Source: Octopus sinensis (taxonomy: Eukaryota). Taken from it: a DNA stretch of 64,000 nt. The stretch spans positions 19,964,001 through 20,028,000 of the forward strand of contig NC_042997.1 of the NCBI RefSeq assembly GCF_006345805.1, read 5' to 3'. The translations under genes were made by a program, and so were the position numbers. The notes beneath the pieces were generated by a model that was not told where the DNA came from, searched no databases, and saw only the letters and a list, made by a program, of their open reading frames with translations. Of this stretch, positions 12,563-25,870 are shown one piece after another. How positions within the stretch are numbered: the first letter of the stretch is position 1; each line of letters begins with the position of its first letter.

Positions 12563-13720
12563 GACTCAAATATATTTTAGTGCATATAAGTAGTCTCTAT
12601 CATTATATATAGTTTAAACTTTAATTTCCTTTATATTTAACATTCACTATTAATATCCCTACTCTTTCTGTTAGCTACTTATGACGTTATATCATATAAC
12701 GTTTTTTTAAACAATATTAATAGCGTTCTGTCTATCGCTATACGAATCCATCATTTTTTGCTAAAATGTTGTATTGACGAGTTTCTTTTTTCACTTTCCC
12801 GAAGAGAAGATTGCATTGTTTATACCTTTTATTCTTTTGAATAGTATCAGTGGAATTTTCGAAACATATGTAGAAAGTAAAAATACTTGTTTAAACCTGC
12901 GTTAACTCCATTTTTTATTCATATATATATATATATATATCAGCTTCAGAAAATCTCTATAACATGGAGATAGAGTTAGAGAGTTGCTATGCACCACTGA
13001 CAACATTATTTTCAGTTATTTTAAATAACTTTTTATATAATTTCATTCAAATGAATTACAACTACACCTTAAACAACAAGAAAAGAATTGTAAACACATT
13101 AAGTAAATGATAATAGATACTGTATTAGATTAACCTTCTTAGCAATGAAAATTCAGTGCAATTGTAATTTATATTTGCTTACTCCTCTTTCTCTTAATAT
13201 GTTTCTGCCTACTTTTATTGTACAGCTTCTCCCTACTTTTATTTAATCAATCCTTTTCTCATTGATAACACTTTCTATTAGCAGGTTTTTTTTCACCTTT
13301 GCACAATAACTACTGAATTCTGCTCACAATCAAATTTATATGAATTTGCAAGATCTATAGAAAGAACTTGGTAACTACATCACAGTAAAAAAGAACACAT
13401 AGATGAACAGATGTTATCTTATATGAATTTTATATTTGAAATTATACAAATTAGTAATATGTGTATGTATATATTTTGGTGTCCAGGATATGTCAGCAAA
13501 AACATCCTAACCTTTTTTGTAATATACAGAGTAAATATTTACAATATACTAAAATTGATTTTTTTGGACACACAGATGATCAGGTGATAAGTTTATTTTC
13601 TATTTCCTGTTAGACTATCTTTAGATTTTCTTTCTCTTTTCAATTTGTCAATGGAAGTAACCCAAGATGCTTATAGCATTGCCTTTAACAGGAACAGCCT
13701 TGTGCCCTCACAAGTCTTAC

Positions 13721-13854
13721 CTGACACTTGCAAATTAAAAGTAAATAACAATTCAATGGACTTTATAAGGCCATTATGAAATATTTGATCTCCATTCCAG
13801 ATAAATGCCAGGTAAATAGACATGAGCAGTATTTTTTTAAAACATTGCTTTAGA
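13721..13854 (-). CDS. Candidate exon (134 nt, LKQCFKKILLMSIYLAFIWNGDQIFHNGLIKSIELLFTFNLQVS), or a 6-nt micro-exon at 13721-13726
   Basis: Strong CAG|GTAAGA donor; 44 open codons; distal acceptor weak; proximal acceptor ttatttacttttaatttgcaag has a good pyrimidine tract. Confidence 0.25.
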
Positions 13855-16575
13855 CTACCATTTGTTCAGTTATCCAGTAATGCATTATGCATGGAAATGT
13901 TTTCTATGAACACCATACTATCATACACATGATCTTAGATGTAATCTAAATTTAGTGCAGATTTGCCATGCTATTCATGCATTCACATTTCACAAATCCC
14001 AGATCCTAAAAGTTTTGTTATATCAGCTTTCAGTAAGGAATACAGAACGTGTTTGTTCTATTGCTTTGTAAAAACAGAAAGTAGAGAAATAAGGTTTTAT
14101 AAGGTTTGGAAATCAAAAACAAGAATGGCTTGTGATGACAAATTCATCAATTCTCATATGGTTTACAAAATGATATGCTCGCAAATATGGAGACTGGAGA
14201 CAAGTTTTGGCAGAACATAAATATTTCATTTTCATATATATTACTCAATATATCAAACATTTGCATCTGACATTATATATTTTATATGCATTATATGTTA
14301 CATTAGATTTGATTTCTTTACCTCATTTCTAACAACAATGACATGGGCATGTATTTTTTATGGAAGTTTTGACCAAGCAAGGTATATAATTCACCCTACC
14401 CTTGATATTCACTTTTACATTTCCTTTTATATCTACACGAATACTTAACAAATATAAACACATTTATTGTTCAATCTTCCTCTACTTACAACTAGAAAGA
14501 AGATATCAGAATTCAACTGTGAAGTGAAGACCACCAGAAAACTACATAAGGTTATTTTTTGAAAGAATTTGTTAAAATTCTTGAATGAATTTAGCTTAAA
14601 TTTGCTGTGTTGTAGAAGCATAGCACTGAATGCAGTATCAAATCAATGTATACAAAAATATGTGTAAAATTCATAACTATTTCTGGATTAATATTGAAAT
14701 ATATCAGTGTTACTACAGTGTGTAGCCCAGTAGTAAAAGGCAACTAAAAGATTTGGTAGCAAGGAGGGCACCCAGCATGAAACAGCATCAATAAAGCTGT
14801 CTGACCCATGTCATCATGGAAAAGCAGACATAAAATGATGATAACGATGGTGATGATGACTGTGATGATGTACACAAGAGCTAACATGCTATTTAAATAT
14901 TGTCAGAAGACTTATGATGCAGTGATAAATACAGTGAAATATCAACAAAGGAGATGTGAATTTGCTTCTAGCTGAACTTATTTTTTATTTACTTTCAGTT
15001 TCATTTTGTATCTATCTGCTCTGTTTATAAAAGATGCAGCACATTTAAAAGTTATTTAGTCAAAACTAAATATTCAAATGAACAAGGTAGAAACTGTTAA
15101 TGGAAACTTGTTAAAAGGTTTCATCTAAATATTCATAGTGGTATTTGATTTTTAGTGTAAATTTGTTCTTTTTTCTTATTTTCAAACAACATTAAGTTCA
15201 GAGCAATTGCAATTTTGTAATTTTATGTGTAAAAAGAAGGTAAGCACAACAGCAACACACTAGTTGTGATACAGGTTTTCATTCATAAATTAGTTTTGTG
15301 TTATCTATAAATGATCAAGAAAATAAGGACCTGTTAGAAACCAAGATAATAACATTCATTGAAGGTTATATTTATTTTTTGGTGAAAAATCTGAAAAATA
15401 TAGAGACATATGATACATTAGGAGGCTGACAGTTGTAATCAAAGATGGAAGAACCTATAAAAAAGGAAGAACGAGCAAAATGCTGTAAAAGATGATTTCA
15501 GAAGAGGCTGACCCTTGTAAAAGAAAATGACAAATGGCCATAAGCGATGAGACAGCAAGTTATAGAAAACCTATCCAACTCATGCAAGCACAGAAGAAAA
15601 ATGGATATAAAAATATTGATAATGATGAGATGACTGACTTCTGCATAGTTTCTGTCAACAAAATTTCACTCATAAGATATTCTAAATCTATTGTAGAAGG
15701 CACTTGTCCAAGGTGCCATATAATGAGATCAAACCATTACTCGCTGTGATTGCAAAGCAAACTTCTTAACCACGACCTCATGCTTACATTCAAGACACAA
15801 TTAATGAATTTCAAGAAATACTACAGGGAATTAAACATCTCTTACAAGAAATCAAATAATAGAATCATTTTGTATATTTTTGTTGAAACTTAATATTTCT
15901 TTGTAATCACACTTAACTCATGAAGGTAAATGTGCACATAATGAAATTGCTCTGATCTCATTTTAACATGTAATGAACAAGGAAGTAATAAATTCAATTA
16001 CTGTTTTCTATTGACTTCACTAGGATTTTGGAATTGATTTAGAGAATTTCTTTCTTCCCTTGTACACTCATATAATCATTATTTAATAAACTGCTGTTGA
16101 TATAATTTGAATTTTACATTTAAATCATTAGAAATGAAAACAGAGTTACCTTAAACAACTTTTTATTAAATATCAAACAAACCGTAATTAAATGCATATT
16201 AGGTTATTTTCTCATATTTGCATCCCCCAAATTGCTAAAACCTATGTTTATAATGAGAAAATTGTAAGATATTTGAATTAAATGAATTCTTACAGAAACA
16301 CACAATTCTACATATTCATTATCATAATATTATTTGTCTAACACCGTTTACTTGATTGCTTCGAACTGAAGGAAAAAGTTGAATATTTACTTAAGTATTG
16401 AAATACTTTTGTTCACAGTTATGATTTGTTTTGTCTTACTTCAATGTTAGTTTGATAATATACATTTCTTGTAAATCCTTATCACTAATTTGAACATTTA
16501 AGAGTATAAATAAAGCATAGCAGAATATAATAGAGTAATGTTTAACTTACTGACTGCTTTACACATTGATCTCAG

Positions 16576-16648
16576 TATCAATCTAAAAAACTTCACTTTT
16601 GAATCTGACATTCAAGTTTTGAAAGATAAAATGTCAAATATTAAATTG
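16576..16648 (+). CDS. Candidate internal exon, INLKNFTFESDIQVLKDKMSNIKL
   Basis: Branch-like tactgac, ctcag acceptor, TTG|GTAAGT donor, single open frame. Confidence 0.35.
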
Positions 16649-17075
16649 GTAAGTATATACAAATGAAAGCTAAATGTGTTATAGTTCTCAGAATTTTATT
16701 TTTATGCCTAAAATGATAGCTACAATGCTTTACTTAACATTGTTTTAAAACTTGTTTTGGCATGAATTTTAATCTGAATCCATGTGTTGCAAACAATATT
16801 GTTATATTTTGGAAAAGAGATATTCAAACCTATAAAAATACTCACCAACTGTTGAATATGTTTTTTTTTTTAAGTAAACAACAACTAGAGAGGGTATTTA
16901 TTGGTTTTAGTATGTCCCTTCCAAAATATAGCCATGTAATTTTGTTATTGCTATTGAAAGGGAGATGATTCAGTTATACAGTTACCAAAATTTTTTCATT
17001 TATAAAAAATACTATAGATCAAAGCTTGCTTGTTCCAGGTGTATTAATATCAAATAAATTAAATGATTATAGAAA

Positions 17076-18057
17076 TGAAGCTAGCATGATCGGCTGGATG
17101 TGTAATGTCAGTGTGCACACATGACAGAGTGTAAGCACCCTGAGAGAAATGTTGGACATAAGAAGCATCAGATATGGCGTGCAAGAGGGATGTCTGCACT
17201 GGTATGGTCATGTACTAAAGATGGATGAGGAGAGATGTGTGAAGAAGTGCCATCTCAAACAATTGGATGAACCCATACAAGAGGGAGACCCAGGAAGACA
17301 TGGGATGAGGTGGAGAAGCATGACCTTTGAATACTGGGCTTCACAGAGGCAATGACAAAAGACCAAGACCTCTGGAGATATGCTGTGACAGAGAAGACCC
17401 TGCAAATAAAGTGAAATCGCAGCTGTAGCCTGTGCCAGTATCACATAACAATCCCACTCAAAAGTACCTTTTGGATTGTAGGGTGACATGCTGTGCTTGA
17501 TGAGACCTATTGAGTCAAGTATATCAACATCACCATCAAAATCAAATCAAACCACCAGCAAATGGAAATTGTAGTTGTGGCTGATACCAGTGCTGCCTGT
17601 CTGGCTCCCTGTGCTGGTGGCACGTAAAAAGCACCATCCAAACGTGGTCGAGGCCAGCCCCCTCACCCCCATGTAAATAGGGAGAGAGCATGCTTAGATG
17701 AGATACTACCCCTCGCTCAAAGTGATTCCTGTGCCACTGGCATATGAAAAGCACCATCTGAACATGGTCGATGCCAGCGCCACATTGACTGGCTCCCATG
17801 CCAGTAACATGTAAAAGCACCATCCAAACATGGTCGATGCCAGCCCCCTCTGGCCCCTGTGCTGGTGACATGTAAAAAGCACCCACTACACTCTCAGAGT
17901 GGTTGACATTAGGAAGGGCATCCAGCTGTCGAAAACACTGTCAGATCAGACTGGAGCCTGGTGCAGCCTCCTGGTTTCCCAGACCCCCAGTTGAACTGTC
18001 CAACCCATGCCAGCATGGAAAACAGACGTTAAACGATGAGGATGATGATGATGATAT
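17076..18057 (+). mobile_element. RTE LINE 3' portion (ORF C-terminus, 3' UTR, (GAT)n tail)
   Basis: LHWYGHVLKMDEERCVKKC and (R)GRPRKTWDEV motifs, then tandem-unit 3' UTR ending gttaaacgatgaggatgatgatg. Confidence 0.9.
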
Positions 18058-18249
18058 ATATTCATCTACCATCAAATACTGAACTAAGTTCAAATATTTT
18101 ACATGATTGCGAATATTGTTTCTCTTCATTATGTTGTTTATATTTCACATCTTATACCTACAAAAATTGAAAAAATGCTTATAAAGCTAACTATATATAA
18201 GTATTTTTTTTAAGAATGTCTTAAGAATAATATCATGTTTTTTTCTTAC

Positions 18250-18256
18250 CTATTCA
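18250..18256 (-). CDS. Candidate 7-nt micro-exon TGAATAG
   Basis: Minus strand reads attgttttttttt-cag|tgaatag|gtaagaaaa; both splice sites near consensus. Confidence 0.25.
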
Positions 18257-18899
18257 CTGAAAAAAAACAATATGTTATCAATTACAGATCTTAGGACTTT
18301 CTAGTTTTGTAAAATAGCAATACTTCTGCCTATGAACAAGAACATTGCAGATGAACATCAAAATACCTTATCACTTAAATATGAAAATAGAACCTTTATA
18401 TTTTCACATGAAAATATTAATTTTTATTGAAAATAAATAATCCCTTGATTAATTATTAACTGCTTGATGGCATTTCAGATTTACATTTCTAAATATAATT
18501 CTTAGTTATTTTCCTCTAGAAAAAAGTATAAATGAGAAAAAACAAAAAGGGATAACTAAATTCATCAATACTTTTGTATAACTTCTATAGAGCAATTATT
18601 AATTACATTAGATTAACTTTTCTCCATAGAGATCTTGATGATCTATTCTGTTTAGATTCTAAATGCAAACCTTCTTGAATGAACATGCAATTTAATGGTT
18701 GTTTTTTATAGAAAAGATTATTTTCTAAATCACAAAACATTTTCATCCCATTTTTAAAAGCAGTAATTTTCATAAATTAATCATTAAAATAATTTTATTG
18801 ATTTACAAATATTCCTTTTTCTTTTTGAGTTGAATTTTGTAAGAATATCTCTAAATATTAGTTCCCAACATGTTAGGCAACATATGTTGGCTGATGGGG

Positions 18900-19020
18900 A
18901 ATATAGATCATATTGACCCATTGCTACAAAATTATGGAAGGCTATACCAACCCTGATAAATTTAAACTCAAATACACTAGAAATTCCTTATATCCATCAT
19001 GGATTATCTTTGAAAACATT
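18900..19020 (+). pseudogene. Possible CR1/L2-type LINE 3' fragment
   Basis: YKIMEGYTNPDKFKLKYTRN resembles YKI..G....F....TRGH; highly decayed. Confidence 0.3.
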
Positions 19021-19078
19021 CATTGTGATCAAAATCAGAATATCTTATATATGGTCAGGGTATTGGTATGTTTCTTTC

Positions 19079-19275
19079 TTAACCTGGCTCTGAGTACAAA
19101 TGTCTTGTTTTCATAAGTTTTGAATTAAAATCTTCCACCAAACCTTCGTCACAGTTTACGTTCCTAACACTAGCTGAATGATAACTAAGTTATTTTACTA
19201 AATTCTTTGTTATATTTAAAGTAATTGAAAGAAACACTGAGCATCTCAAAATAAATACAGTAATGAAAAGGTTAA
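19079..19275 (+). mobile_element. piggyBac-type MITE, family F (internally deleted)
   Basis: TTAA ends; body close to 34894-35122. Confidence 0.75.
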
Positions 19276-21329
19276 TGAGATCAGTTGATTATCGCTATCT
19301 AAAAGGATCTATCCTAAAGTGACCACAATAAGTAGCTTCCACTGTATTTTCATGTATTGGAAAGCATAACATCTCTTAGTTCCATAATGTTAACATTCTC
19401 TTACACGATTTCAATTTTGGTAATAGATGTTGAAATGTTTAAACTTTCATGTTTTATAGCAATGAAGAAACTTCAAGATAAACGAAAAATAATTCTTTTT
19501 TGGAATATGGAAACTCAAAGCATACAGAGACTATAAGTAATAGCATGCTGTTATTTATAGTTTATATTTTATATGGTTCACATCGAAATTTCTAATGGTC
19601 AAGTGTTTATTTTGTTTTTTTTGAAAAATCAAGAGCACAGCATTCATTCTTAAAAATATGCTGTAAAAGGGTAATTTTAACCTAACGTTTGAACATCCAA
19701 CACTTCACTCAAATTATGAATGTCAATTGTTAGTATCCAACCACTCCATGGCAAATGCTTTGGTACTAATATATGGTGTTCAATACTAATAAAGTTGTTT
19801 TAGCAACTAAACCGAAGCTATTTCACCATGAACATAAAATATAATCTTGTTTGTCCACTGCCCAGGAATCTTTTTAAGTACTGTACAACATATTGCTTTC
19901 TTCTTATGATAAAAGAAAATATGTCAGCAAATTTGATTTGACACTTGAGCTCTGACTCATAATGCTTTTAAGTTACCTTAAAGAGAGAAATATCTTTCAC
20001 ATTTCAAAATTGAAACTATGTTCTTATTTGATTTTCATGATAGCATTTTGTTTTCATTTTCTTTACTCTTTCATTTCCTTCCAGGTATATTTTATTCTCA
20101 AACATTCAACAAATTTGTAATATACTTTCATCAGACACATAATAATCTTTGAAGTTGCCAGTTGTTTGTGTTGGAAGTAATAACTCCTAAGATATTATTA
20201 TTGATGTTACTTCTTTTTTTCTCTCACCACCTCAATTCCATAATGCTTAATACTTCAGTCCTTTATAGTGTTTGAATATCACACAAGAGTAACATTTCTT
20301 TGAAAGTTATAAATAAAAATGTATGATTTTATATACATATATCGTATTTTTGGTAAGAAATATGATATCCAGCAACTCAAGGAGAAACATTGTTAAAGAA
20401 TGGGTGATTTTTTTTATCATCTACATTGTCATGTGTGCATAGCATGTGGTGTAGACCAACAATTGCTTTGATGAATACAAAAAGAAAATAATTTCAAAAA
20501 GAATAACCTTAATTACTTCATAGATGGTGGTATATATTTACATCCAGTTTACTATTTTCACTGGACTTTTATTTTTATCACAAATATACAGATTTTCTTT
20601 CACATTCTCATGACTTTGAAGAAAAATGTTAGTAGTAGCTGTAGACAAGGGAATTGCATGCATCAGCTATATTCTGTATATTAAATACAACTCTTTCAAA
20701 GTGATTAAAATTATTAGATGTAGAATCCTGATACTTTAATTTATGATGAATTATGGAGTAAATGCCAAAAGTTAAAGTTTCCTTACACTTGAATATACCG
20801 TTAATCTAAAAGAGAAAAAAGCAATTAGGTTAATGAATAAATCATTGTAATACTGAGTCATAAGTTCAAATGTGCTGTAAGTATTTTATCTTAATTCCAA
20901 GTGCTATATTTGTTTACATTAATGTTACTTTGAAAATATATACAAAACTTTGGGTATCTATAATAGATCAATATATTAGCCAGAGAGGAATTTATTTCAC
21001 ATGTAGACATTGCAATAACATTTAGACAGTTCAGTTTCACATAAACTGGAAATTGAAATAGAATTCTTACTTGAATGACTTTAAATTTGTGACTTTTTCT
21101 TCATTTCTATTTTGTCAAAAATATGGAAGTCAATCTAATTCTGATGACTGGCAGATGACATTTGATTGATATTCTGAATTTTGCATTTCTCTTAATGAAG
21201 TTAACCCTCTTCCTATCTCGTGTATCACATGTAACAGCACATATTTTTCTGGTGTCCATGCATCATATACAGTACACATTACCATTTTTTTCAACCCCTA
21301 GGATAACTAGGTAACATTCCTATTTTGTT

Positions 21330-21590
21330 TTCAGCCCCTTGGGAAATAATGAAAGGAAAGCTTTATGTTATTCAGAATATACGAAACAAGAGCTAACTGA
21401 AAGTCTGAAAACAATCATGGATGTTTAGAACAAACTTAAAATGCTTTGGGCAAGTAGAGTTAATTGTATCACAAAGCTCCAGTATCTTTCATCCTTGTTC
21501 CTAGCATCTTTTCAAGTTCTATCATCATATCATTATAGTAAGGTATCACTTCTGATTTGTTCCCATATTACACTGTAGCATTTACAATGT
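21330..21590 (+). pseudogene. Possible non-LTR RT thumb-region remnant
   Basis: PLG...ELTESLKTIMDV*NKLKMLWASRVNCITKLQYL resembles the post-YLG region of RLE-type/L1 elements; one internal stop. Confidence 0.3.
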
Positions 21591-22329
21591 CCTGTTATTC
21601 TATCAGCGTGATATTCCACTAATATCATACAGATCTAGTCCAGTTCTTGTCTACTAATTTTAATGAAGTGTATGTTGAGACTGTAGTAGTGACTGCCATG
21701 CTACCAAAGATTAAATAACTTGAACAATAATATTCTACCAAATATCAATGACACAAGGACAATTTCTTTCTTCACTCTTTCCAAAGTATACCAGCACACC
21801 CCACTTTAGTACTGCTTCCTTCACAACTGGGAATGATATAAAGAGAGACAACTTCAATAGGTTGTGTGGGCAACTAGCTTATTTAGAAAATCAAAAGCTA
21901 TTGAAATTGTGGTGAAAGAAGTACAAGAGGTAACAGCATATCTGTAATTTGCAGGTTGTTATTTGGTAACTTCTAGGAATGCAGTTTGTGTGTGTGTATC
22001 AGCAGTACCAAATCAGATATATGAAAAGGGACCTGATGTGGGTCTTATTTGAGACATGCGGCAAAGTATTAGCTAATCACAGCTGATATATTTTCTGGTC
22101 CTCAAAAATTGCATCTCAAAATGTAGTTTCAGCAGTATTATACATGTGGTGGTGATGGGGTTACCATAAATAATCATTAGGGATTGTGAGGCTATTATTT
22201 GTAGTGACAGAGGAACTTTTTGCATGGTGCAACTTAAAGAATATGAGGAGGCTGTTGTAATGAAAGACAGTTATGAGAGAAGTTTTGTTGTATATATGCT
22301 GTACAAAACTGGAAAGAAACCAAACAGAA

Positions 22330-22562
22330 GGCAGTGAGCTGGCAGAATTGTTAGCATGCCAGGCGAAATGCCTAGCGGTATTTTGTCTGTCATTACGTTC
22401 TGAGTTCAAATTCCACCGAGGTCGACTTTGCCTTTCATCCTTTTGGGGTCGATAAATTAAGTACCAGTTACACACTGGGGTTGATCTAATCAACTTAATC
22501 CCTTTGTCTGTCCTTGTTTGTCCCCTCTAAGTTTAGCTCCTTGTGGGCAATAAAGAAATAAA
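22330..22562 (+). mobile_element. SINE group B, full length
   Basis: gcagtgagctggcagaa...gcctttcatccttttggggtcgataaattaagtaccag...gtcccctctaagtttagc; 13-bp TSD AAACCAAACAGAA. Confidence 0.9.
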
Positions 22563-22820
22563 AAACCAAACAGAATGTGTGGAAGATTTCATAGGTGGAA
22601 TGCTGTTTACAGAGTCAACTTAGCTGAGGAGTGTTGAATAAGAGATTCCATGCTAGAATGTTATGATAAAGCTTTATAAAAGAAAATGTGTTTAGCCCTC
22701 TTGAAGAGATTTTGCTAGAGTATCAGTATTTACATGATTGCTAATGAAATTGAAAATCTTTATTAAATAACAAATATATGATTATGTGTAAGACAAGATT
22801 CTGTTTCTTCTAGTCTATTA

Positions 22821-23160
22821 TAGATAACACTTCATTACATTGCTGTATTGTTTACAGGTCAAGTAATATCATTATAATTAGCAAGAATTTCAGTTGTTAG
22901 TGCCACATACATATTTAGCAATTAAATACTAGTTCCACCTCAAGATACCATTCACAAATTATAACATTACAAGATATGCTTCATAAATTATATAATACAT
23001 TCTTAGATAACACTTCTTTAAATTATTGTATTGTTTACAGGTCAAGTAATACCATTGTAATTAGCAAGAATTTCAGTTGTTCTTGCTGCATACATATTTA
23101 GTAGTTAAATATTAGATACAACTCAACATACCTTTCATAAATTATTGCAAACATTCCATT
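22821..23160. repeat. Local tandem duplication, period 183 bp
   Basis: tagataacacttc...tgtattgtttacaggtcaagtaat...tagcaagaatttcagttgtt starts at both 22821 and 23004. Confidence 0.85.
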
Positions 23161-23770
23161 CATGTCTCCTTTTATTCAAATAGTTTTATCCTAATTGTTA
23201 TTACAAAATAGATTTTCAAGCAAAATTGTATTTTGAAAATGATACTTTCAAGATATTTGTCTCTTTATATAAACAGGTCTTCATAACAAATTAATTATAT
23301 ATTTATGTCCGATATTTTTTCACTAATTATGAGGTGTTGAAAGCATTTAAAATAAGCTGAACATTTTATTGTCAGAACCAATTAAAAATGATACTGAATA
23401 AAAAAAATGGAAATAGATATTGATAGTAAAATGAATCATATATTATATATAGGTTGCTATACTATTATTTAGGGAAATTGCCAACAGAGAGTTAGGTAGA
23501 AAAAAAGATCTAAGACCAATTCTAATCTGATTACAAAATTAATTAAATGAAAACATCATCTCTGAAGATATAAAATAAACATTTAGTGCCTCTGGATGAC
23601 ATTTAGAAAAATTGTTTTTTAGACATGTTACCAAAATTAAATATGAACAGTTAATATCAAGCCTTACTATCACCTCTATGAATAAGGAAATTCAGCAGCT
23701 TGTTTTATGGGTAAAATTTAAAAAAAGATTTAATTACAAATTGATTTAATCAATTTAAAAACATACAATT

Positions 23771-24325
23771 TGGGCCTCACAGAGGCAATGACAAAAGACC
23801 GGGACTTCTGGAGATATACTGTGACTGAGAAGACCCAGCAAATAAAGTGAGTTCACAGCTGAAACCTACACCAGTGTTGCATAACCACCACTCAAAAGTA
23901 CCTTGGATCATAGGGTAACATGCTGTGCTTGAGGAGACCTGTTGAGTCAAGTACATCAAAACCAAAATCAAATAGAAATTGTAGTTGTGATCCCTGTGCC
24001 GGTGGCACGTAAAAAGCACCATCCGAATGTGGCTGAAGCCAGCACTGCCTTGATTGGCTTCTGTGCCAGTGGCACATAAAAAGCACCAATCGATCGTGGC
24101 CATTGCCAGTCTCCTCTGGCTCCTGTGCTGGTGGCATGTAAAAAGCACCCATTACACTCTCGAAGTGGTTGGCATTAGGAAGAACATCCAGCTGTAGAAA
24201 CACAGTCAGATCAGACTGGAGCCTGGTGCAGTCTACTGGCGTCCCTGACCCCATTCGAACCGTCCAACCCATGCCAGCATGGAAAACAAATGTTAAACGA
24301 TGATGAGGATGAGGATGATGATGAA
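23771..24325 (+). mobile_element. RTE LINE 3' end
   Basis: LGLTEAMTKDRDFWRY C-terminus, 3' UTR and (GAT)n tail as at 17-18 kb. Confidence 0.85.
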
Positions 24326-24455
24326 TTTCAGCAACTATGAAAATAATGGAGATGAAAATGAATCAAGATTTCTGTAGCTTTTGGGTTATGGTTAATCAAA
24401 ACTTACTGGCATTAATTTTGATGCCTACAAAAATAAGTATGTGTAAAACAAAATG

Positions 24456-24552
<97 letters not shown>

Positions 24553-24554
<2 letters not shown>

Positions 24555-25108
24555 GCCCTGATGCAGTACCAGGCAGTGGCTCTCATGGCTTCTGATCTTA
24601 ACTGATTGGAAGTGTTATCATGTACATTGTTTTGTCTTGGTATAAAAGATGGGCTACAGCAAATATTCTCCTCAATACCACAGATTTGCTTGTCAGTTGT
24701 TTGACCTTAACCAGTTGACCATGTCCCTTAGTGGCTGACGATATGTGCATCTCTTATCACGAGAAGAAGTAGTGGGGGAGCATCATAGCCATGTGTTGAG
24801 AAGGATTCTTTGGGGTTTGAATAATTCACCTCTGGAAACATGGGTGTTTCGTTCAACGTCCTTAAACAACCCTTATTCAGGGACCTTTTGAGCGGGATGG
24901 GTTACTCGATCTGAAGAAAATTCTAACTGGGCTCCACCTGTAAGGTCATGTGCTGTTTATCTTGATATGAGATCACCATGTCGCGCACATATGGTTGTGA
25001 TGCATGTGCCTGGTGTACCCTTATCAGACGGGTAGTCATGATGGGTATACTGGGCTTCGTATATTTTACCCCAGTGTCACTTTGATGGCATGAACTGCTC
25101 TCTCACTC
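24553..25108. mobile_element. Unclassified ~556-bp non-coding element embedded in (AAT)n
   Basis: GC/CpG-richer island with sharp borders; (AAT)n on both sides (24458-24552 and 25109-25143). Confidence 0.65.
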
Positions 25109-25145
<37 letters not shown>

Positions 25146-25870
25146 GAAAGAGAAAAAATAACAAAATAAATCCCATTACCTACCAACCAGCAAGCTATCA
25201 TGCTAAGCAAGCATTTGGTGTTAATACAAAAAGATTTTATGCTTTATTATTTGTATCTATCCATGCCAATGATTTTAGAAGTGTGATATAAAAACATGAT
25301 AGAGCTTGGATGAGTCAAGAAAAGAGAAAGTGATATTACAGCTGCTGCTGTTTGTGCTCCAAGTAGTTATAAATTGATGTTAACATAATATTTGAATATA
25401 TCAAACCTTTGAAAGCTTTTAATGTTCGTATTTATATAAAGGGTAACGCTATATGAGAGCAGGCATGCCCATATGGTTGAGTTACTTTGCTTTGCCATTA
25501 CATGGTTTTGGTTTGACCTCACTGCACAACACTCTGGAGTAGGAGTATACTTTTATAACATAAATTTGATCACAACATTCTCAGTGAAACTGGACAATCA
25601 GAAATTGCTCAAAGATCCATCAGGTAGACTATGTCAGTTCTTTGTGGTAAATGAATTTTTCAACTAGTTTAATATCACTATTTATCTCTCAGGTGACTTT
25701 AGTAGGATCTACACTGTTACAAGCATGTGGACCAAGTCTCTTGATAGATAATGACTAACTCACTTCCTGCTATCAATTTTGGCATTGCTAATGGTCATGG
25801 GTGCTACTTTTCCTCCTACGACTAAGACATGTGATGGTTTAAATTCTCAGTTTAGACCATTCCACATATA

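Noticed and set aside
21143-21165. Other CTGANGA hits as hammerheads (also 8250, 24735, 33274, 61231)
   Set aside because: They lack a correctly placed GAAA, stem III/NUH or stem I pairing.
21335-21428. Terminal coding exon after a strong ttttgttttcag acceptor
   Set aside because: The frame continues past the stop with LINE RT-like character, so a TE remnant explains it better.
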